A stretch of DNA of 64,000 bases, taken from positions 15,146-79,145 of the forward strand of contig CAIPHS010000007.1 in NCBI GenBank assembly GCA_903864915.1, read 5' to 3'. Position 1 is the first letter of the stretch, and each line of letters opens with the position of its first letter. A model generated the notes under the pieces. It worked only from the letters and a program-made list of their open reading frames with translations. It had not been told where the DNA came from and made no database searches. The position numbers and the translations under genes are program-made. Below are positions 17,584-27,484 of this stretch, piece by piece. This DNA comes from an uncultured Candidatus Woesearchaeota archaeon. GTDB lineage: Archaea > Nanobdellota > Nanobdellia > UBA10117.

Positions 17584-19187
17584 AGGTGCATGCTGAAAGA
17601 GCCAGAATATACTGGTCCAGAGTACATCGGCAATTTGCTTGGGCTTATTTCAGTTATCGTAAATACGACAAAGTTACCATTATCTTTTTTGGTGTATTTG
17701 ATCGCGTCTTTAAGCAAACTGCTTTCGAGGGAGTTGACGCTCGTAAGATAATCGCCAACTTTCTCGACTGCAACTTCCGCATTTAAAACATATTCACTTT
17801 TTACTGTCACAGAAATAATATACGCGCCGCCATTTCCAGAAGTTGTGACATAATACATATCGCTAACCGGCACAGCGCCAGCATACGTGGAAAACTTGGT
17901 TTCAAATGTTCCTACGCCGCTTTTGTAAATAGATATGCTCTTTTTCAAATCCGTAACGCTGCCAATAAGTAAATATTTATCATCTATGATAGCATAGCCT
18001 GTCAAAGATTCATCCATTTCAGGTGTTGTTGGTGTTGGAGTTTTAATCATCTGAGCCTGGAATGCATCCACTTCAACAATATGAAATCCTTCATTTTTAG
18101 TGTTTCCTTCGCCTGCGTAGCGTATGTAACGAACATCTATCGGGGCAATCATATCAACTTGTCTCCCAGAAACATAAGTGTCTAGCTTATTGACCACTCT
18201 ATTCCAATTAACACCATCTGTTGAAACATCTATCAAATATCCATAGTAATACCTAGCAGTATCATATTGCTGGTTATCGAAATCCCACAAGTATGTATCT
18301 ATCTCATCTAAGTTCGTTCGTACCGTTCCCAAATCAATCGTTATCTGGCATGTACTGCTGCCTGCTGTGCATGCGGTAAACCCTGAAGAGCCGCTAGCAT
18401 AATAAGAATCATCAACAGCGGCATTTGGTGTGCCGTAATCGCATGATTCGCCAGCGCTTTGTATATCGCCTGAATAGCACACTTTTTGTGCAAGGGTTCT
18501 GGCGCCTTGTGAAGTTGATGCAACGTCACCCGGCTTTGGCTCATTAACAATCGGAATAAATTTTTGCTGCCCATGAATTAAAACCCCTTGCGTGCTTGTT
18601 GTTAAGTTTGCGCTGTCGTAAGTATAACCTAAAGCTGCTTCCAAAACAGCAACGCCAGGTGCAGATTTCAACCTCAGAACTCTAACACTATTTGCTTCCG
18701 ATATCCAATTAACTTCGCCAGAAAGCAAGGCGCTTGCCTGATCATTAACTAATAAGAATTTTCTGACATTTTCACTCATTTGCATATAATTCATGCTGGT
18801 CGTATCGAATGAATAGAATTTTGCTGCCTCTTTAGCCCCGCCTCCACCCACATTTACATTTACCCCGCCCATGAGGAATATTGCACTCAAGATGCTAATA
18901 ACCACAGCCACCGCGATGATGATGCCAATCCACAGTAATTTTTTCTGCCCTCCGCCTGCAGGCGCAATTGGCGCAGCCACGGGATTTAATTTACCCAAAA
19001 GCATGATGGCAAATATTATTACCACACCCAAAACTAAAAAGTTTAAATCCAAACCTTGTGAACCTTGTGCAGCTCCGGCAAAACCAGTTATCTGCAATAA
19101 ACCCAATGCAGGTATCGCGACTAAAATCAACAAAAGTATTAGCAATTGTTGAGAAATCAAATTCTTTTGACGTACCATGGTGGCCAT
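17580..19187 (-). CDS. Membrane-anchored surface protein with F5/8-type C (discoidin) domain
   Basis: Three N-terminal TM segments; ITIDLG, IDVSTDGVNW, VRYIRY, IVEVDAF. Confidence 0.75.
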   Translation of the reverse strand: MATMVRQKNLISQQLLILLLILVAIPALGLLQITGFAGAAQGSQGLDLNFLVLGVVIIFAIMLLGKLNPVAAPIAPAGGGQKKLLWIGIIIAVAVVISILSAIFLMGGVNVNVGGGGAKEAAKFYSFDTTSMNYMQMSENVRKFLLVNDQASALLSGEVNWISEANSVRVLRLKSAPGVAVLEAALGYTYDSANLTTSTQGVLIHGQQKFIPIVNEPKPGDVASTSQGARTLAQKVCYSGDIQSAGESCDYGTPNAAVDDSYYASGSSGFTACTAGSSTCQITIDLGTVRTNLDEIDTYLWDFDNQQYDTARYYYGYLIDVSTDGVNWNRVVNKLDTYVSGRQVDMIAPIDVRYIRYAGEGNTKNEGFHIVEVDAFQAQMIKTPTPTTPEMDESLTGYAIIDDKYLLIGSVTDLKKSISIYKSGVGTFETKFSTYAGAVPVSDMYYVTTSGNGGAYIISVTVKSEYVLNAEVAVEKVGDYLTSVNSLESSLLKDAIKYTKKDNGNFVVFTITEISPSKLPMYSGPVYSGSFSMHL

Positions 19188-19298
19188 TTTTAAATGGCCA
19201 GATATCATATATAAACCTTACCGAATGGAGATTACTCTCCACAATTTTCTGAACAAGTTTTAAGAAACTATCAGCCAAAACAAAAGCGGTGCTCAAAC

Positions 19299-19994
19299 AT
19301 GAAACAAGTTCCTCTAAAATTAAAAAAACTTCCAAGCATTCTAGCTTTGAACAAATTTAACAAATATGGACTAGTCAGCGAATGGCTACCCAATAATAAA
19401 GATGACAAAGGAGTGCACGTAGTCCATCTAAAAGAGGGACTTATATTTTCAAGCAATAAATATGATTCTTTTGTACCTGCTTACGTTGCAAGCCAGCTTG
19501 GATTCAACACGCCCGGAAAATACTTCCTGCAAGAATTTTTCTATCCTGCGCTGTTAGAACGCGGCGTTCTGCCATTGTGTCCTTTTGCGGCCTGCGAGGA
19601 ATATCTTGATCAAAAGGTTTTCAACGAGAATTTATCTGTAAAGAAAAACAAGCAATTATGGACAGATTTTAACAAAAACATAGTTCCAGAAGTAAATTAC
19701 AACACTTTAATGCCTAAAGCAAAATTCCTTATTGCAATCCTTGATGGCGGACATGCTGCAGATGATGGCGTTTGCGCGGAAATAGGATATTATGCAAGGG
19801 AATTTCCGATGAGACCAATTATCGGCATAAGGAGCGACTTCAGGCTTTCAGAAAATCCTGCAGCAACAGTTAATCCTGCTGTCAGCCATTTCGTAACACA
19901 ATTATTCGAAGGTCCAGAAGCTTATCAACATGCACTGACTTCGACAAAAACTCTGTCTGAAAAAATCAGGGAGTATGCACGAGTAAGCAAATAA
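19299..19994 (+). CDS. Nucleoside 2-deoxyribosyltransferase-like protein
   Basis: YVASQLGF, IAILDG, DDGVCAEIGY, IGIRSDFR. Confidence 0.75.
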   Translation: MKQVPLKLKKLPSILALNKFNKYGLVSEWLPNNKDDKGVHVVHLKEGLIFSSNKYDSFVPAYVASQLGFNTPGKYFLQEFFYPALLERGVLPLCPFAACEEYLDQKVFNENLSVKKNKQLWTDFNKNIVPEVNYNTLMPKAKFLIAILDGGHAADDGVCAEIGYYAREFPMRPIIGIRSDFRLSENPAATVNPAVSHFVTQLFEGPEAYQHALTSTKTLSEKIREYARVSK

Positions 19995-19997
19995 ATC

Positions 19998-20810
19998 TTA
20001 TTTTTTCCTTCCAACCATTAAAATATGGGCTGATTCTGCGACGGCATTTGGATTTGTGCAAAGTTTGTAATGTGCATCAAGCCAATTTTTCCAGGCTTTC
20101 TTGTCTTTTGCCAGCTTGTTTACTGTTCCCTTTGCGCTATAACTGCTAGAACTCTCTAATCCGACTAATTCCAAAACCTTGAAATTTGGTCGCAAGAATT
20201 TATTTCTAAATTCTTCTGGCTCAAAGTAATGAGAGTAGTATTTGCCATGCCACAAGTAATCATCGCCAGTCTCCACAAATCTCCTGAAATGCTTGGTGTT
20301 GCGCACCTCTTTGGGAAGTTCAGGAAATATAGGTAGTACGCCATATTTGCCCATGATAGAAACAAAAACTGGTGCACCTTTCTTTGCAACACGGATTAAT
20401 TCGGAAACCGCTTTTGTCCTGTTTTTCTCGCCTTCGACATGAGATAACGGTCCACCAAGGCAAATCACAGCATCAAACATATTATCTGGAAACATAGGCA
20501 TGTCTGTTATCGAACCGCAGATTATGTCCTTAACATGCTTTTGCACTTTTGCTTTCCGAATTTGCTTTTCTGCAAACTTCAGATTTTCTGGAGTTATGTC
20601 TAACAAAATAATATCATAACCTTGTTTCGCTAATTCAATTGTATATCTCCCAGGACCGCCGCCTGCATCAAGAATCAAACCTTTCTTTGGAAAATATTTT
20701 TTAAGATAACGCAGAGTGGTATTTAGCTCTATGGTATGAAATGGATCTTGAACTAACCGATTCCATTCTTTTTTTACAATCCCACTGTAGCATTTTGAGA
20801 TGTGTTTCAT
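19998..20810 (-). CDS. Class I SAM-dependent methyltransferase
   Basis: ILDAGGGPGRY, FDAVICLGGPLSH. Confidence 0.9.
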   Translation of the reverse strand: MKHISKCYSGIVKKEWNRLVQDPFHTIELNTTLRYLKKYFPKKGLILDAGGGPGRYTIELAKQGYDIILLDITPENLKFAEKQIRKAKVQKHVKDIICGSITDMPMFPDNMFDAVICLGGPLSHVEGEKNRTKAVSELIRVAKKGAPVFVSIMGKYGVLPIFPELPKEVRNTKHFRRFVETGDDYLWHGKYYSHYFEPEEFRNKFLRPNFKVLELVGLESSSSYSAKGTVNKLAKDKKAWKNWLDAHYKLCTNPNAVAESAHILMVGRKK

Positions 20811-20824
20811 TTCAGTAATTTTGC

Positions 20825-21319
20825 CTAGCTTTTGCCTCTTGCCCACGTATCATCTGACAAGTGGCTGTAAATGCCAAATTCATCTGCCTGCTCTTCTTGT
20901 TTGTCTTTCAGCGCTTCAAAAATGTTACGATAATCCCACACCCAGTAGTGGAGGCTCCAGTTTTTCTGGTACATTCCTCCATCTTTGCCAAATATAAGGA
21001 ATGGACCATCTTCTCTTTCGACCCTCAGCAAGCCAATATCATTCAGACGGACAAAAATAGCCCTGGCATCCACATCACGCTTTAATCGGTTGTCTACAAC
21101 GTGATTATTTGTTCCGAAATACTCAATGAGCAGTCCTGCATTCTTTTTTGCATCTTCGTCAGATATTGCTGCATCCATCTTTGGCATAATATGCGCAAGC
21201 AGGTTTTCAGATAGCACGAGAGAATACTTACTTCTGTAGCCACCTTCTACGAGTTTTACCTGCTCTTTGAACCCGGCAACTTCTTCTTCAATGATTTTTG
21301 CCAGGGATGTCTTTACCAT
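20825..21319 (-). CDS. DUF6015-like (TFE-like winged-helix) protein
   Basis: YFG..HVVDN.L, F..L...GLL..ERE, W..HYW pattern. Confidence 0.6.
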   Translation of the reverse strand: MVKTSLAKIIEEEVAGFKEQVKLVEGGYRSKYSLVLSENLLAHIMPKMDAAISDEDAKKNAGLLIEYFGTNNHVVDNRLKRDVDARAIFVRLNDIGLLRVEREDGPFLIFGKDGGMYQKNWSLHYWVWDYRNIFEALKDKQEEQADEFGIYSHLSDDTWARGKS

Positions 21320-21364
21320 AGCTAATATTAGAAAATTAAAGCTATTAAGGCTTTTAGCAGTGTT

Positions 21365-22795
21365 TCATTTTTTCAGCAATTCAATTATTTTCTGGGGGTT
21401 GGCCTTGCCCCTGAACTTGCCTATGGCAACGCCAATTAGCTTGTCTGGCGGGCCTTTGAATTCCTTCTGCAGCTTTGCAATCTCTTTTTTCAATTCTGCA
21501 TCTGACATCAGCTTGTATTTTGAGATTATGGAATCTACATCTTTCTGCTTGCTTTTGGCAAGCTCTTCCATGATTGCAGAAACAGATTCCTTGACAATTG
21601 TTCCCTCGTCCAAAGCAGAAATTACCTTATCCATAATATCTTCATGTAGTTCAAATTCCTGCAACTGCAATTTCCTCTTGACCTCTTTCGGAGTTACAAG
21701 CATGGTTGTTGCAACAAGGTTTGCATTCAATTTAGGATATTTCTTTGTAAATGCCAAGAACATTGGCAGCTCTGCTGATGAGGCCAGCTGATTTACAAGG
21801 TCAGGACTCAGGCCAAGCTCCTGCAACTTACCCTTAACAGATTCTACAGATTCTGGCAATTTAATATTTGAAATGTAATTGCTGTCCAAAAATATCAGAG
21901 GCAAGTCAGTCTCTGGATACATCCTTGCAGCGCCAGCCATCGGGCGCAGGAATTTGCTTGTCAAATCTTCTTTGACATTACGAACTTGTGGCTCAATTTT
22001 CTCGCCTTTCTTTATTACATCCTGCTGTCTTTCAATTTCAATATCAACGATTTTTGGCATGTGTGGCAGTTCCTGCACACCTTTTAATTCAACCCGTGGG
22101 TGTCCTGTTATCGAAACATTGACGTCTTGTCTTATTGTTCCGATTCCGCGCCTTACTTTGCCTGTTGACCTTAACAGCATACCAAGTTTCTCTGCAAGTT
22201 CTTTCACTTGTTCCGGAGTCTTGCAGTCTGGTGCTGTTGCAATTTCAACTTCTGCAATTCCCAACCTGTCAAGTCTGAATGTAACAGATTCGGGAGTTTC
22301 AGCTGTTCGCCTGCCTGCATCTTCCTCGAGATAAATATTTTGTATTCCCACCTTGCCAAAACTTGTTTCAATAAAACCACCATAGCCAATCAAGGCAGTT
22401 CTTTGGAAGCCAGATGTATTGGAACCATTGACTACAGTTTTTCTCATGACCTGCACAATATCTGGAAATTTGCAGTGAAGCATTTTTGCAATGAGCAGGG
22501 CGATGTGAAGAGCTTCCGGATTTATCAAATGAGGCGGCTCTTCATCGAGTTCTACAAGGCATGTCGTGTCATCGTATGCTTCGTAAATGTAATATTTTCT
22601 CTGCTTCCTTTCAAAAATTGCGGCGGGATCAATCTCGCCAAGCTCGCCGGCAAGCGGCCTCAGCTCTCGTTTGACAGTAAAATCTGGCTTGTTTTGCCTA
22701 AGTTCAGAAGGGCAGGGGCAGAACAGTTTGTGTGTTGCAAGATGCTGATGGATTTCAATTCCGGATTTCAAGCCAATTTCCTGATAGTCAGTCAT
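21365..22795 (-). CDS. gatE: Glu-tRNA(Gln) amidotransferase subunit E, lacking the AspRS-like insertion domain
   Basis: GIEIHQ.L.T.KLFC, SNTSGFQRT, LDRLG, GIGTIRQDVNVS, ARMYPETD. Confidence 0.95.
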   Translation of the reverse strand: MTDYQEIGLKSGIEIHQHLATHKLFCPCPSELRQNKPDFTVKRELRPLAGELGEIDPAAIFERKQRKYYIYEAYDDTTCLVELDEEPPHLINPEALHIALLIAKMLHCKFPDIVQVMRKTVVNGSNTSGFQRTALIGYGGFIETSFGKVGIQNIYLEEDAGRRTAETPESVTFRLDRLGIAEVEIATAPDCKTPEQVKELAEKLGMLLRSTGKVRRGIGTIRQDVNVSITGHPRVELKGVQELPHMPKIVDIEIERQQDVIKKGEKIEPQVRNVKEDLTSKFLRPMAGAARMYPETDLPLIFLDSNYISNIKLPESVESVKGKLQELGLSPDLVNQLASSAELPMFLAFTKKYPKLNANLVATTMLVTPKEVKRKLQLQEFELHEDIMDKVISALDEGTIVKESVSAIMEELAKSKQKDVDSIISKYKLMSDAELKKEIAKLQKEFKGPPDKLIGVAIGKFRGKANPQKIIELLKK

Positions 22796-22798
22796 TTC

Positions 22799-23176
22799 TT
22801 AAGTTACATTTGTAGCTTTTTTCATTCCTTTTGCAAGCCACAGTGCGACAAGCGGGTTATCCTTGCTTGTACCTTCCGCTTTCATGATGTTTAACTCCTT
22901 AAATATCACATTTAATCTTTGATGAATATCAAGGGATGTTTTTGATGTCAGCACAGTAACGATATTAGCAATCTTTTGTATGTCTTCGCCTATCCTTTCC
23001 GCAGTAGCATCCTGCCGCGCTCCGTGCTCCAAAAGTGCTACAGATTCATTCAGGTTTTTAATATCTTCAAATAATCGTTTAGCCAATTTTTGCGGTTCAC
23101 CCTCTGTCGACTTGATTATGGCTATAACTTCACTTTCTATTGTTGGAATTTGCTTTTTCATTTCAGATATGGACAT
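22799..23176 (-). CDS. Hypothetical helical protein between gatD and gatE
   Basis: GGAGG SD; tight spacing with both neighbours. Confidence 0.7.
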   Translation of the reverse strand: MSISEMKKQIPTIESEVIAIIKSTEGEPQKLAKRLFEDIKNLNESVALLEHGARQDATAERIGEDIQKIANIVTVLTSKTSLDIHQRLNVIFKELNIMKAEGTSKDNPLVALWLAKGMKKATNVT

Positions 23177-23186
23177 TTTTGCCTCC

Positions 23187-24488
23187 TTAATCAGAGAACG
23201 CCTTAGGCAGTATCTGCTCTATCAGCTCGCCAGCCATGTTTGTAAGCATCAGCTTCTTTGTTTCTTCCAGGTTTTTGGAATGTGCAAGAACCCAGCCGAG
23301 CTTTGTATAAGCTGTTTCTGACAGCATGTTGCCAAGATAACAGACGCCTGCCTCGTTAAGTATGCGGCCGGCAGAATAAACAAACGGGTCTATTCTTCCA
23401 TAGATTGTCTGCGGCGTAAAGCCGACAAAAACTCCTGCTTTTATGAGTTTCTTGAGAGTTGGTGTCCAGACTGTCTTTTGTTTCTCGTTTGTTGAAACCT
23501 GCCCCAGGCCCGCAGCCTCTATGATGAGGCCTTTGTACTTCTTTTCCATGAAATATTCCAGGATTGCAGGGTCTGCGCCGGGGAAATATTTTATCAGGGC
23601 TATTTTCGGCTCAAACTTGACATCAGCTTCAACTTTCCCTTTGTCACTCCTCAGATTGAGAATTTTATTCATGCGCTCAATCCTGCCGTCTGGCAGGATT
23701 TTTGCCAAAGGAAGTTCGTTGATTGGCCTGAAAGCATCTCTTCGGGAGGTATGCATCTTCCTTACATTCGTTCCTCGGATAGCATAGCAGAAATTATCCT
23801 GTGTGCTGCCATGCATTACGACAGCAACCTCTGCAATGTTTGATTTCAGATAGTGTGCCGCGCAGATTAAGTTCATTCCCCCATCGAAGCTTCCTCTGTC
23901 AGAACTTCGTTGTCCGCCAACGATTGCAACTGGCTTGTTAAGACCTTTCAGTATGAAAGAAAGTGCAGAAGCAGTGTAGTGCAGGAAGTCTGTGCCATGC
24001 GTCACCATAACGCCCGAAACTTCTGGATCGTTAAGCTCTTTGGCAACTTCTTTTGCAATAACTTGCCACTCTGCTGATGTCATGTCCTCAGACCAGATTG
24101 CAAAAGGCTGCACAATCTTCTTGATATTTACAATATCTAGCAGTTCGGGGGTTGCCAGGAAGACTTCTTCCGGCTTTATCAACGGAGAGACTCCGCCTGT
24201 TGAATAGTCCACTTTTGATGTTATGGTTCCGCCAGTCGTAATTATCGAGATTGACGGCAAATTCTTGCGGAAAGGCGGCTTTATCGAAGGTTGCTTGCCT
24301 TTCTCAGCTTTTCCGACATGTTTGACAGAAACCTCTTTGGTTAATTTGATGCCAAGGTTGTAACCTGAAGCTAATTTTATGATCAAAACGTCTTCCTGCC
24401 CCTCAAGCGTCGGCATGACTATGCCTTCATACTTCGAGCCTTTGGTTTCAACAAGAACTTTGTCATTAACAGAGAACTTCGCAGCCAT
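23187..24488 (-). CDS. gatD: Glu-tRNA(Gln) amidotransferase subunit D
   Basis: KL.SGYN.G, TGGTI.S.VDY.TG, HGTD, QRSSDR, RKMHTSRRDAF. Confidence 0.97.
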   Translation of the reverse strand: MAAKFSVNDKVLVETKGSKYEGIVMPTLEGQEDVLIIKLASGYNLGIKLTKEVSVKHVGKAEKGKQPSIKPPFRKNLPSISIITTGGTITSKVDYSTGGVSPLIKPEEVFLATPELLDIVNIKKIVQPFAIWSEDMTSAEWQVIAKEVAKELNDPEVSGVMVTHGTDFLHYTASALSFILKGLNKPVAIVGGQRSSDRGSFDGGMNLICAAHYLKSNIAEVAVVMHGSTQDNFCYAIRGTNVRKMHTSRRDAFRPINELPLAKILPDGRIERMNKILNLRSDKGKVEADVKFEPKIALIKYFPGADPAILEYFMEKKYKGLIIEAAGLGQVSTNEKQKTVWTPTLKKLIKAGVFVGFTPQTIYGRIDPFVYSAGRILNEAGVCYLGNMLSETAYTKLGWVLAHSKNLEETKKLMLTNMAGELIEQILPKAFSD

Positions 24489-24530
24489 TTCGTTTAAAGT
24501 GCACTATTGGTTTTAAAGCGTTTTGTGCTT

Positions 24531-24893
24531 TCACTTCAACAAAACTTTGAGGTTGCGCGCACCCATAGAATTCCTATGCTCCTCTGCAACTAAAGTCAGA
24601 TCATGAACTATTTTATTGACATCCACTCTGAATTTTTCCATCGGTCCTTTGTAAATGATAAATACCGAATCATCCACGTATCGCGGTGGACCAGATGACT
24701 TTCTATCCAGTAAAACCACTTTAGGCTTGAAGAAACCAGTGTTTAGCGCTAAAATGTATTTAAGTCCCCACATTACCTGTTCAACTATTACTTTAACGCC
24801 GAGCTGCCTTTCAAGATAAGGTGCTAAAACTTTACGAACAAGTTCATCAATGTACTTTTTTTCTCGTTGCATTCCTTCTTGAATTTCATCCAC
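24531..24893 (-). CDS. Hypothetical protein
   Basis: GTG-start ORF with a TTTTAAAA box upstream. Confidence 0.55.
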   Translation of the reverse strand: MDEIQEGMQREKKYIDELVRKVLAPYLERQLGVKVIVEQVMWGLKYILALNTGFFKPKVVLLDRKSSGPPRYVDDSVFIIYKGPMEKFRVDVNKIVHDLTLVAEEHRNSMGARNLKVLLK

Positions 24894-25046
24894 GTTATTT
24901 CAATAATCGCATCAGTTTTAAAATATTGTGATTAAAAGTTTGGTTGCCATACTGCTTTGTCTGTTACTTCCAGTTGCGATTTGACTTTTGTTACGCTTTC
25001 AATGCGAAATGCTATGGACATAAATTTTTGGGGCTAAACTTCCAAG

Positions 25047-25246
25047 TGAAACAGTGGTTTCAGTTATGAAAACACTACTCAATCCATAGTTTGCAAAACC
25101 GACCTGCAGAAAAAATTAACATACTCTTCTTATGCAGAGCACATGGAGTTCATTTGCATTTCAACTGGAAAAATCGCACAGCATAGCATTTGTATTCTTG
25201 AGTATACGAAGCCTTTTATAAAAGGCGTTACATAATTGAAACACCA
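25047..25246 (+). promoter_or_regulatory. ftsZ promoter with GTTTCA-N4-TGAAAC-like operator sites
   Basis: TATA TTTTATAAAA (25214-25223); GTTACA-TAAT-TGAAAC (25227-25242); GTTTCA-GTTA-TGAAAA (25057-25072). Confidence 0.55.
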
Positions 25247-25303
25247 ATCCAAAAAGGAAGGAAGGAGGTAAGTGGGTGCTTAAAGCATACTACTTAACTG
25301 GCC

Positions 25304-26371
25304 ATGGAATTTATCGTACAAGACGCATTGAAAAGTGCAGCAACAAGAACTAGTGACGACTTTATCATTGGGAGTGCCAATATAAAAGTAATAGGATGCG
25401 GCGGAGCCGGCATTAATATGGCCGACTGGCTGTACAACAAAGGCATCAAGGGTGCCGAGATCATCGGCATAAACACAGACAAATTACACCTTGATAACAG
25501 AAACGCAGACAAAAAGATTCTAATCGGCCGCGATTTAACAAGAGGCTTAGGCTGTGGTGGAGACCCATCAAAGGGACACGAAGCAGCAAAAGAAAATGCT
25601 TCTGAGATAAAAGAAGTGCTGAAGAACGGAGACATGGTTTTCGTTTGCGCAGGAATGGGCGGAGGAACAGGAACAGGTGCCGCTGCAGTAGTTGCACAAA
25701 TTGCAAAAGAACTGGGCGCAATAGTCATAGGCGTTACAACGATGCCTTGGAACATTGAAAAGGCAAGAATCGACAAAGCTGAATTCGGCCTTAAGCAGTT
25801 AAGGCAAGTGGCTGACACAGTAGTTGTAATAGACAACAACAGGCTGTCAGACATAGCAGGCAACCTGCCAATCCAGCAATCATTCGCTGTTGCCAACGAA
25901 ATAGTTGCAACAATGATCAAATCGATTGTTGAAATTATAGCAGTTCCGAGCCTGATAAACCTGGACTATGCTGATGTAAAGGCAATAATGAGCAAAGGCG
26001 GAGTCTCGGTAATAGGATTCGGCGAATCCGACTCTGAAAACAGAGTTGAAGAATCTGTACATAGAGCATTAAGCAATCCATTGCTTGATGTGAAGTACGA
26101 CGGAGCAACTGGTGCAATCATCCACATAACTGGTGGACCAGACATGACTCTAGACGAAGCTGAAAAGGTAGGCGAGCTGATAACAGCAAGCATGGATCCT
26201 GAAGCAAACGTCATTTGGGGCGCAAGAATCGACCCGAAGATGGCAGGCAAGATCCGAGTAATGACTATAATTGCTGGCGTCAAATCACCATATGTGATCG
26301 GCAAGCAAACGTACTCGGCAGCGAAGTCTTCAGAGTTCAACTCAGAACTCGGAATAGACATACTTAGGTAA
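25304..26371 (+). CDS. ftsZ: Cell division protein FtsZ (FtsZ2-like)
   Basis: GCGGAG.N, AGMGGGTGTG, NLDYAD T7 loop, IWGAR. Confidence 0.97.
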   Translation: MEFIVQDALKSAATRTSDDFIIGSANIKVIGCGGAGINMADWLYNKGIKGAEIIGINTDKLHLDNRNADKKILIGRDLTRGLGCGGDPSKGHEAAKENASEIKEVLKNGDMVFVCAGMGGGTGTGAAAVVAQIAKELGAIVIGVTTMPWNIEKARIDKAEFGLKQLRQVADTVVVIDNNRLSDIAGNLPIQQSFAVANEIVATMIKSIVEIIAVPSLINLDYADVKAIMSKGGVSVIGFGESDSENRVEESVHRALSNPLLDVKYDGATGAIIHITGGPDMTLDEAEKVGELITASMDPEANVIWGARIDPKMAGKIRVMTIIAGVKSPYVIGKQTYSAAKSSEFNSELGIDILR

Positions 26372-26503
26372 GGAAGGAGGTAATATCCATACCTGGGGGC
26401 GTTGCCCCCATATTTTACACTCTCCCACAAGCACCTCCACGTTCCCTTCAGGGGACAAAGCGTGGGTTCTGCGGCCCACAATGGGCCGCTTTTCTATTTT
26501 TTT
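26370..26503 (+). ncRNA. GC-rich multi-hairpin element after ftsZ, ending in a terminator-like hairpin (3' UTR or small RNA)
   Basis: TGGGGGC-GTT-GCCCCCA; GTTCCC-TTCA-GGGGAC; GCGGCCCA-CAA-TGGGCCGC plus T-tract. Confidence 0.45.
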
Positions 26504-26553
26504 ATTTCGTTAAGCAAACAAATCCTTATTAAATTGCCACTCTTTCGTAAAAC

Positions 26554-27075
26554 ATGAATGGTCTTAACGGCAATAAGTTTACTTCACCTCAAGAACTTCT
26601 AGACGACTTGATACAACGAGGAGGAGTAAAAGAAGATGAAACTATCACACAAGAAGAGCTTCTTGACAGGTTAAGAAAGGACCTAACTAATCCAACTACT
26701 CAGTATAAAGCTGAAGGCTGGTATGCCTTCCATGGAGAAGGGAACCCTTTCACCGGCTTGCTCGAAATAGATGGAAATGGAAAATTCACTGGCGAAATTA
26801 AAGACCCTGCTTCGGTAATTGCCAGGCACATTGTATGCGGCAGGCAAATTGCTATAAAAACCTACCAAACGCTGCGGTTTGTAAAGATTCCTACGGGCGG
26901 GTTAATGAATATCTATTACACTTACACAAAATCAGACGGCAAAAAAGAGATTGAAGGAAACTACATTGGTTGCTGGGCATTCGGCAACGAAGGCATTCCT
27001 TTCAAGATAGATAGGTGTGAATTTGAAACTGAAAAAACGAACAAGTCAGAAATAACCCTAAAATTAATTAAGTAA
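26554..27075 (+). CDS. Hypothetical protein
   Basis: Leaderless ATG after CTTATTAAA. Confidence 0.65.
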   Translation: MNGLNGNKFTSPQELLDDLIQRGGVKEDETITQEELLDRLRKDLTNPTTQYKAEGWYAFHGEGNPFTGLLEIDGNGKFTGEIKDPASVIARHIVCGRQIAIKTYQTLRFVKIPTGGLMNIYYTYTKSDGKKEIEGNYIGCWAFGNEGIPFKIDRCEFETEKTNKSEITLKLIK

Positions 27076-27106
27076 TCGTTTTAAACAACCTTTTTCTTTT
27101 ATTAAC

Positions 27107-27484
27107 ATGCGCAAATTCTCAATAGACAACTTGAAAGTCCCGAAAGGATTGAAGATAATCATAGCAATCGGCGCAATACTTCTGGTCGTTACCATGGCTG
27201 CATTCCTGCTTGTAAGGGTTATTACAACAACTGCAGACCTTACTGGCTTGAAACAACAAATCGTGACAAATTGCACAGATACTGATAATGGCAAAGTAGC
27301 TATGACGTTTGGAACATGCGCAGATTATACGAGGAAAACTTATTCGGACACTTGTGTACTAACTGGTGTAAGGGAACCGTTGAAGCTGCAGGAATGGTTC
27401 TGTGAAAACAATACCTGCAAATCAGAAATAATTTATTGCGAATCAGGCCAGGCTTGTGTTGCGGGTCAGTGCATTATAGCCTGA
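27107..27484 (+). CDS. Membrane-anchored Cys-rich surface protein
   Basis: N-terminal TM; CTDTDNG...D.C...L.E.FC...C...C..G.C module. Confidence 0.75.
   Translation: MRKFSIDNLKVPKGLKIIIAIGAILLVVTMAAFLLVRVITTTADLTGLKQQIVTNCTDTDNGKVAMTFGTCADYTRKTYSDTCVLTGVREPLKLQEWFCENNTCKSEIIYCESGQACVAGQCIIA

Noticed and set aside
22208-22894. Long antisense ORFs (also 8596..9051, 14560..15132, 25294..25920, 54961..55551, 57420..58046)
   Set aside because: They lie opposite well-supported conserved genes and have no motifs of their own.
24900-25300. cdrS-like RHH gene upstream of ftsZ
   Set aside because: Only short ORFs (e.g. 30 codons from 25144) with no RHH pattern.
26370-26503. SRP RNA, RNase P RNA or C/D-box sRNA
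   Set aside because: Too short for SRP or RNase P and no box C/D motifs; kept only as an unclassified structured element.
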